64,000 nucleotides of DNA from Clostridiales bacterium. GTDB taxonomy: Bacteria; Bacillota; Clostridia; Christensenellales; Pumilibacteraceae. Of the stretch, positions 57,994-64,000 are shown one piece after another (position 1 is the stretch's first letter; each line of letters begins with the position of its first letter). A model generated the notes under the pieces. That model was not told where the DNA came from, made no database searches, and saw only the letters and a program-made list of their open reading frames with translations. The stretch spans positions 275 to 64,274 of the forward strand of contig JAFLVH010000004.1 in assembly GCA_022508365.1 (NCBI GenBank), written 5' to 3'. Both the position numbers and the translations under genes were made by a program.

Positions 57994-59544
57994 GTGTTTA
58001 TGAAAAAGTTTTTACAGTTTATGCAAAAGGCAATAAGCAACTTTTGGGTTCAGCTTATATTTCTTGTGGCGTGCATGCTCGGCATATTTGCGCTCGGCGG
58101 AGCGTTCACTTCCGCAGACACCGTAGGCGAAAAAATACTTGAGATTGTAACAAGTATTGACATACTTTCTATTTTCCTCGCGGCTACCGTGTCGCTGATT
58201 GTCGCCAATGTAATCATTAAATCAAGAAAGCTTTTGGAAGAATCGCTCAAGATAGACGACGATCACCACAAGATAATATGCCGCTACAACAAGCACAAAA
58301 AATCCAATATTGACAAAACGACAAACTTCTGCGACAAAGACGGCGTTGTTATGACGCTCGACAACGTTGCCGTGTCCAAAAAGCCACCCAAAAACCCTAT
58401 TTCCGACAAGTATTCCGACGGCTACAAAACGCGTCAAGCGGATATAGACTTGTATATGAACGGCAATCTGCAACTGCCGAGCGTAAGCATATTCGCAAAC
58501 ATAATGGGCGACACTAAAGTCACCTTCAGCGATAGGACGGACATGTTTAAGCTGCCGCGGTTTGTCACCGAAAACAAGCTTGCGCTTATGGGCGCACACA
58601 AGACGTCTTCCTCGCGCAACAACGACACAATCCGCCTGGACGATATAGATTATGCCAACGGCACGCTCGCGCTTAAGACCTGCCGCACGCAGTACTACGA
58701 CATGCTTGTCACCAACCGCTGCATGGACTACCGTCTGGACGACACCGTGTCCGTCCGCGAGATATTTGAGTACGGCGCAAAGATAAATCCCCTGTCCAAG
58801 TCTCAGCTTGCCAACCAAATAGGCATTAACGGGCTTATCTTTTCCAAGGACGGCTACTTGCTTTTGGAAAAGCGCGGACACAGCAAAACCACCTGGAAAA
58901 ACAAATTTGCCCAGCCCATTTCGCTCGCCATGAAAAAGTCGGACGTTATCTTACAGCCCGACGGCAAAATCGGCGATAAGCCCGAGGACGCAAACAAAAC
59001 ATTTAAAAAAATCATTCTGACCACGGTAAAAAAGAACTTCGGACTGGAAGAGAAGGATCTGACGGGCTTTGACATATCAAAAAACCTGTTTGGCATAGCG
59101 CGCGACCTGTTGGAAGGCGGCAAGCCCAATCTGTACTTTTACGTTGTCGCCAACTACACCGCCGACGAGCTGGTGGACAAAATTCAAAGCAAATGCAAAA
59201 AGTTTGCCGTAGTCTCCCGCCCCGGTTCTACCGAAAAGTCGGACGAAGCCCTGCCGCAGCTGACAAACGAAAAGCTGGACAGCGACTTCTACCTTGTAAA
59301 CGAAAAGGATATTTTTATAAATTACGGCTACTCGCTCAAGGTAAAGGCGCGTCGCATAAAACGCATAAAGCGCGAATACTATCCACGCGTAAATAAGCTT
59401 AGACAGGCAAACGAAGGATTTTACTACCGCTTTTTAAAGGCGTTTAACGGCAGTTTAAAGCGCGAGTGCGGCGAGGCGCTGCTTGCCTGCCTGTACTACG
59501 CGCGCGTGTGCCGCGACAGAATAGAAAAGGAATTTACATTATGA
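57994..59544 (+). CDS. 2TM membrane protein with a NUDT22-like divergent Nudix-fold domain
   Basis: Two N-terminal TM helices; IRLDD...LALKTCRTQYYDMLVTN; LANQIGINGLIFSKDGYLLLEKR; GIARDLLEGGKPNLYF. Confidence 0.6.
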   Translation: MFMKKFLQFMQKAISNFWVQLIFLVACMLGIFALGGAFTSADTVGEKILEIVTSIDILSIFLAATVSLIVANVIIKSRKLLEESLKIDDDHHKIICRYNKHKKSNIDKTTNFCDKDGVVMTLDNVAVSKKPPKNPISDKYSDGYKTRQADIDLYMNGNLQLPSVSIFANIMGDTKVTFSDRTDMFKLPRFVTENKLALMGAHKTSSSRNNDTIRLDDIDYANGTLALKTCRTQYYDMLVTNRCMDYRLDDTVSVREIFEYGAKINPLSKSQLANQIGINGLIFSKDGYLLLEKRGHSKTTWKNKFAQPISLAMKKSDVILQPDGKIGDKPEDANKTFKKIILTTVKKNFGLEEKDLTGFDISKNLFGIARDLLEGGKPNLYFYVVANYTADELVDKIQSKCKKFAVVSRPGSTEKSDEALPQLTNEKLDSDFYLVNEKDIFINYGYSLKVKARRIKRIKREYYPRVNKLRQANEGFYYRFLKAFNGSLKRECGEALLACLYYARVCRDRIEKEFTL

Positions 59545-60509
59545 ACGGAAAAATTACCGCATACGGAGAAATTATGCTTCGCCTTTCGGCAGGCGACGTC
59601 GGCATTGCAGATGCCAAGGCGTTTGATGCGTGCTACGGCGGCACCGAATGCAACGTGCTCGCCTGTCTATCGCAATTCGGTCATGACACGAAGTACTTGA
59701 CCGCCCTGCCGCAGACGGAGCTTGGCACAGCCGCTATTAACCACATAAAAAGCTTTAACATAGACACAAGTGATATCGTAGTGCGCGGCGACGTGATGGG
59801 CATTTACTTTGTGGAAAACGGCACCGGCAGCCGCGGCTCCAACGTAATATATATGCGCCGCTTTTCCGAGTTTACAAGGCTAAATGACGGCGACTTCGAT
59901 TACGACAAGGTATTTGACGGCGTCAAGCTATTTCACATGAGCGGCATTTCGCTCGCGCTGTCCGAAAGCAGCCGTAACCTTGCGTATAAACTCGTGGACG
60001 AGGCAAAGCGCCGCGGTATAAAAGTCAGCTTTGACTTTAACTACCGCGCTAAGCTTTGGGATACAACAACCGCCGGACAATACTTTAGACCGATAATCGA
60101 CAAAGCGGATATCGTGCTTGCAAGCACTTTGGATCTTACCACCTTTTTAAACACCGACGAAAAAGATTACTATAAAACATACAACAACGAATATTTAATA
60201 CTTCGCGACCGCAAAATATTGTCTGCAAACAAACACAGCGTTAAGGTTGCCGTATACCACAAAGACGGAAAGTCCGTACAAAGCTACCATTCACCCACCG
60301 TTGAGTTTGACGTTTCGGAAAAAATCGGCGGCGGCGACGCGTTTGACGGCGGCATGCTGCACGCAATACTCTCCGGCAAGAATATTAAGTCAGCGGCGCA
60401 GTTTGCCATTGCGGCATTTGCGTTAAAGCACAAAATCAGCGGCGACACGTTTACCGGCACCGCCGCCGACGTCGAAAATTACAGAGCCGACTTTGAGGAT
60501 CTCAAATGA
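59541..60509 (+). CDS. PfkB family sugar kinase, KdgK-like
   Basis: YGEIMLRL, GGTECNV, GIYFVENG, SFDFNYRAKLW, IGGGDAF; ATG at 59541 overlaps the upstream stop. Confidence 0.88.
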   Translation: MNGKITAYGEIMLRLSAGDVGIADAKAFDACYGGTECNVLACLSQFGHDTKYLTALPQTELGTAAINHIKSFNIDTSDIVVRGDVMGIYFVENGTGSRGSNVIYMRRFSEFTRLNDGDFDYDKVFDGVKLFHMSGISLALSESSRNLAYKLVDEAKRRGIKVSFDFNYRAKLWDTTTAGQYFRPIIDKADIVLASTLDLTTFLNTDEKDYYKTYNNEYLILRDRKILSANKHSVKVAVYHKDGKSVQSYHSPTVEFDVSEKIGGGDAFDGGMLHAILSGKNIKSAAQFAIAAFALKHKISGDTFTGTAADVENYRADFEDLK

Positions 60510-61453
60510 AAAAGAAAATTCTTTTAAGCATTTCCGCGCGCGACAAAGATTTTGACAATCTTATAAGCGTTTTAAAGAGTCAGGCGGACGTCACGGTCGC
60601 TGGCTTAGACGATTACTCGCTTGACGGAATTGATATTTTTATCGGCAAAAGCATGCCTGCGGACAAGCTGAAAAGTGCAAACCGATTAAAAGCGGTGTTC
60701 GCGTACAAGACAGGCGTGGACGGCTTCCCCGTTGATATGCTTCGAGATATGAATGTAATGATGTGCAACTCGCACATCAATTCGGAATATATAGCGCAGT
60801 ACGCCTTTTCTTTAGCGCTTGCCATAACAACACGCATAGCCGAGTTCGACAGAAAAATGCGCGGCGGCGATTGGGACATTTTCAACCCGTATTGGAAAAA
60901 CCTGTTTGACATGAAGGTTGGCATTGTCGGCTACGGCAGCATAGGACGCGCAATCGACAAAGTGCTTCGCGCAAACAATATCCCCACCTACACTATCGAT
61001 CGCGGCAAGGATTACGGCGATATATCACTCGTCCCCTCGCTGGAAGAATTGTGTAAAGCTACCGATTTATTGATGCTTGCCCTGCCACAAACCGCACAAA
61101 CCGACAAGCTGATTGACGAACGAATATTGGGCATGCTTGCCGGCAAGTATATTGTTAACGTAGGCAGAAGCAACTGTATTGACGAAAAGGCGCTATTTAG
61201 CGCGCTGAAAAACCGCACTCTTGCCGGCGCGGCAATAGATACCTGGCGGCAAAAACCCACTGCCGAAAACCCCATCCTAAAGCCGTTTGACTATCCGTTT
61301 GACGAGCTTGACAACATTGTGCTTTCCTCGCACAAGGCGATGCAGGTATACGACGGTCACAGCAGATACGTCGCCGACACTCTTAATAACGTGCTTTTAT
61401 ATCTATCCGACCAAACCCCAAAAAACATAGTAGACTTAGCAAAAGGATATTAG
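60506..61453 (+). CDS. D-isomer-specific 2-hydroxyacid dehydrogenase
   Basis: VGIVGYGSIG, NVGR, AAIDTW, SSH; ATGA overlap. Confidence 0.88.
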   Translation: MKKKILLSISARDKDFDNLISVLKSQADVTVAGLDDYSLDGIDIFIGKSMPADKLKSANRLKAVFAYKTGVDGFPVDMLRDMNVMMCNSHINSEYIAQYAFSLALAITTRIAEFDRKMRGGDWDIFNPYWKNLFDMKVGIVGYGSIGRAIDKVLRANNIPTYTIDRGKDYGDISLVPSLEELCKATDLLMLALPQTAQTDKLIDERILGMLAGKYIVNVGRSNCIDEKALFSALKNRTLAGAAIDTWRQKPTAENPILKPFDYPFDELDNIVLSSHKAMQVYDGHSRYVADTLNNVLLYLSDQTPKNIVDLAKGY

Positions 61454-61454
61454 A

Positions 61455-61490
61455 AAAAACACTCGGCATATAAAAGTGCCGAGTGTTTTT
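61455..61490. terminator. Bidirectional terminator
   Basis: AAAAACACTCGGCA-8 nt-TGCCGAGTGTTTTT. Confidence 0.85.
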
Positions 61491-61515
61491 GATTTGATTG
61501 TTGGATTCAAATTTT

Positions 61516-62661
61516 TTACATAAGCGATTGATACAGCGCGATAATATCTTCCTTGGTGGGATCCTTGGGATTGCCAGGGCGGCACGCATCGTCCATGGCG
61601 GACTGCGCGAGGAAGTCTATATCCTCTTCCTTGACAATGCCTTTAAGATTCTGCGGTATGCCTACGTCCTTGCTAAGCTGCGCTACGGCGTCGCATGCGG
61701 CCTTGCGGTATTCCGCCTGCGTCATGCCTTCCGTGCCTTTAACGCCCATTGCGCGCGCTATATCGCGGTACTTCTCGCCCGTAGCGTCCGCATTGTACGC
61801 CATGACCGTGGGAAGCAGTATAGCGTTTGCCACGCCGTGCGGAGTGTCGTACACCGCACCGAGCGCATGCGCCATTGAGTGAACAATGCCAAGCCCTACG
61901 TTGGAAAATCCCATGCCTGCAACGTACTGACCGAGCGCCATGTTTTCCATAGCGGCTTTGTCCTTGTTAACCGCGCCGCGAAGGTTACTTGCTATAATCT
62001 CTATAGCTTTAAGGTGGAACATGTCGGTCATCTCCCACGCCGCTTTGGTTATATAACCCTCTATCGCGTGAGTGAGTGCGTCCATGCCTGTAGCGGCTGT
62101 CAAGCTCTTGGGCATGGAAATCATCATGTCACTGTCCACCACCGCAACCACGGGAATATCATGCACGTCCACGCACACAAACTTGCGCTTTTTTTCCACG
62201 TCGGTAATAACGTAGTTGATTGTTACCTCTGCCGCGGTTCCTGCCGTCGTCGGGACGGCTATTATGGGCAAGCACGGATTTTTTGTGGGAGCAACACCCT
62301 CAAGCGAGCGCACGTCCGCGTACTCCGGGTTCGTCATGATTATGCCAATCGCCTTGGCTGTGTCCATGGACGAGCCGCCGCCGACAGCAATAATATAATC
62401 CGCGCCGCTCTTTTTGCACGCCGCAACGCCCGTCTGCACATTCTGGATTGTGGGATTGGGCTTTATGTCGCTGTAAAGCTCATACTTTAGCTTAGCGTCG
62501 TCCAAAACGTCCAAAACCTTTTGCGTGACGCCAACCTTGACCAAATCGGGATCGGAGCATACAAACGCCTTTTTAAATCCGCGCCGCTTGGCCTCGCCCA
62601 CGATTTCCGCAATGCACCCTGCGCCGTGGTAGCTTGTTTCGTTCAAAACGATTCTTGCCAT
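61516..62661 (-). CDS. fucO: Lactaldehyde reductase (iron-containing alcohol dehydrogenase)
   Basis: MARIVLNETSYHG, GGGSSMDTAK, PTTAGT, DALTHAIEG, HSMAH...PHG; likely start ATG at 62661. Confidence 0.9.
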   Translation of the reverse strand: MARIVLNETSYHGAGCIAEIVGEAKRRGFKKAFVCSDPDLVKVGVTQKVLDVLDDAKLKYELYSDIKPNPTIQNVQTGVAACKKSGADYIIAVGGGSSMDTAKAIGIIMTNPEYADVRSLEGVAPTKNPCLPIIAVPTTAGTAAEVTINYVITDVEKKRKFVCVDVHDIPVVAVVDSDMMISMPKSLTAATGMDALTHAIEGYITKAAWEMTDMFHLKAIEIIASNLRGAVNKDKAAMENMALGQYVAGMGFSNVGLGIVHSMAHALGAVYDTPHGVANAILLPTVMAYNADATGEKYRDIARAMGVKGTEGMTQAEYRKAACDAVAQLSKDVGIPQNLKGIVKEEDIDFLAQSAMDDACRPGNPKDPTKEDIIALYQSLM

Positions 62662-62794
62662 ATTAATCTCCTTAACATTATTTTGCCGCAATCACAGATT
62701 GATTTTTCGATTCCGCTACTATTATACGTAATTCATTGCTCTATCCATAATTGCGTTTTTTATTATATCGCGATAATCGGAAAAGACAATAAAA

Positions 62795-63919
62795 TTATTT
62801 GCCGCACTCCGTAATTGTTAAACCGTCCGCAATGTCCGCAGAATAGAATTCTGCGTTGTAGCCCGTGCTCTCGTGGTATTTTTTTGAAACGTAAGCTTTA
62901 AAGTCCTGCACGCCGACGGTCTCCACAAGCGAAATGGTGCAGCCGCCAAAGCCGCCGCCCACCATACGCGAGCCTATGCACGACGGATGGCTTTGCGCCG
63001 CAAACGCAAGCGCGTCAAGCTCCCTGCCGGTGACCTCAAAATCGTCTTTAAGCGATAAATGCGACTCGTTCAAAAGCTTGCCGAGCGTCACAATATCCCC
63101 AGCTTTGAGCGCTGCCACAGACTGCCGCACGCGTTCGCACTCATTCACCACGTGCCTTACACGCTTTTTTATTGTAGGTGCAAGCATATCCGCGCACTCT
63201 TCAAATTTTTTGGGCGTGATTTGCGCAAGACAAGTCACATTCAGCTTTTTACCTAAAACTTCCAGCGCCTCTTCAGTTTCTGCGCGCCGCTCGTTGTACT
63301 TGCTTTCAGTTAGCTTGTGCGGCTTTTTGCAGTCGGCAATCACAAGCGAATATTTGCCGAGTACAAGCGGCAGATACTCGCAGTTTAGCGTATTGCAGTC
63401 AAGCAACATGACGCTGTTTTTCTTGCCGCATGCGGACGCATACTGGTCCATTATGCCGCAGTTGACGCCAAGGCTATGCTCGGCGCGCTGTGCAATTAAA
63501 GCTATCTTTTCGGGCGGAATATGCACCCTCGCGACGGCACAAAGCGCGCCTATAGTGCTGACCTCTATCGCCGCGGACGACGACAAACCGCTTCCGAACG
63601 GCACGGTGCAATCCTGATACATATCGCAACCGACTATCTTTACGCCCTCTTTTTTCAGCTCTGCGACGCAAGCCGCTTGATAGTTTCCATACTTAATGTC
63701 AAGATAGCTTTGGGGGCTATTTATGTCAATGCTGACCTCGTCAGGCAAGGTGGACCATTTAATATTAATTTTGTCCGTGCCGTTGGGGCGTACAAGCACG
63801 GTATTTTTAAGCGACAACGCAGCCGGCATAACGCTTCCGCCGCAGTAGTCTATGTGTTCGCCGATTATGTTCACACGCCCTGCCGCTGTAACCTTGTACA
63901 TATAATCTTTTTCGTTCAT
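62795..63919 (-). CDS. galK: Galactokinase
   Basis: GRVNIIGEHIDY, PFGSGLSSSAA, CGIMDQ, GSRMVGGGFGG. Confidence 0.93.
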   Translation of the reverse strand: MNEKDYMYKVTAAGRVNIIGEHIDYCGGSVMPAALSLKNTVLVRPNGTDKINIKWSTLPDEVSIDINSPQSYLDIKYGNYQAACVAELKKEGVKIVGCDMYQDCTVPFGSGLSSSAAIEVSTIGALCAVARVHIPPEKIALIAQRAEHSLGVNCGIMDQYASACGKKNSVMLLDCNTLNCEYLPLVLGKYSLVIADCKKPHKLTESKYNERRAETEEALEVLGKKLNVTCLAQITPKKFEECADMLAPTIKKRVRHVVNECERVRQSVAALKAGDIVTLGKLLNESHLSLKDDFEVTGRELDALAFAAQSHPSCIGSRMVGGGFGGCTISLVETVGVQDFKAYVSKKYHESTGYNAEFYSADIADGLTITECGK

Positions 63920-64000
63920 AATTCAAATCCCATGTCCGTCAGGAACTTAACCGTTTGTTTTTTGTCCTTGAACACCGCGGTGTTCAAAAGGATTTCCGAG
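63916..64000 (-). CDS. galT: 3' end of a probable galactose-1-phosphate uridylyltransferase (partial)
   Basis: ...SEILLNTAVFKDKKQTVKFLTDMGFEL* overlaps the galK ATG and resembles the Firmicute GalT C-terminus (L.d.gVFK). Confidence 0.5.
   Translation of the reverse strand, partial: SEILLNTAVFKDKKQTVKFLTDMGFEL

Noticed and set aside
57994-59544. CBASS or other defence island call based on the 2TM-Nudix architecture
   Set aside because: No CD-NTase, cap genes or other defence genes nearby, and codon usage matches the host. Kept only as an alternative hypothesis.

Overview
A 64 kb chromosomal segment from a spore-forming Clostridia (Bacillota) bacterium. The taxonomy is inferred from the spoIVFB-like and pdaB-like genes, a sigma-E-like promoter and the clostridial gene order. 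Most of the window is housekeeping: U32 protein, rnj, groES-groEL, rng, a minD/minE/mreB-like/maf cluster, ppx, gdhA, murF, tsaE/tsaB/rimI, obgE, nth, tyrS, birA, fucO, galK and a partial galT. I saw no transposase, integrase, reverse transcriptase, tRNA, rRNA or CRISPR array. The most notable items are: (1) a ~3980 aa cadherin-like surface protein with a Gly-rich tip domain, a C-terminal TM anchor and paired 22-bp operators over its promoter; (2) a coupled three-gene operon headed by a 2TM protein with a NUDT22-like fold and a degenerate Nudix box, followed by a KdgK-like kinase and a 2-hydroxyacid dehydrogenase; (3) a ~163-nt rod-like hairpin filling the rimI/hydrolase intergenic space, a candidate ncRNA; (4) a NadD-YqeK-RsfS triple fusion; (5) an MreB paralog lacking catalytic acidic residues in a stripped-down division cluster; (6) a lipoprotein serpin; (7) REP-like palindromes and heptamer repeats near AT-rich orphan genes; (8) several apparently leaderless genes. 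All family calls come from motif recognition by eye; no searches were run.
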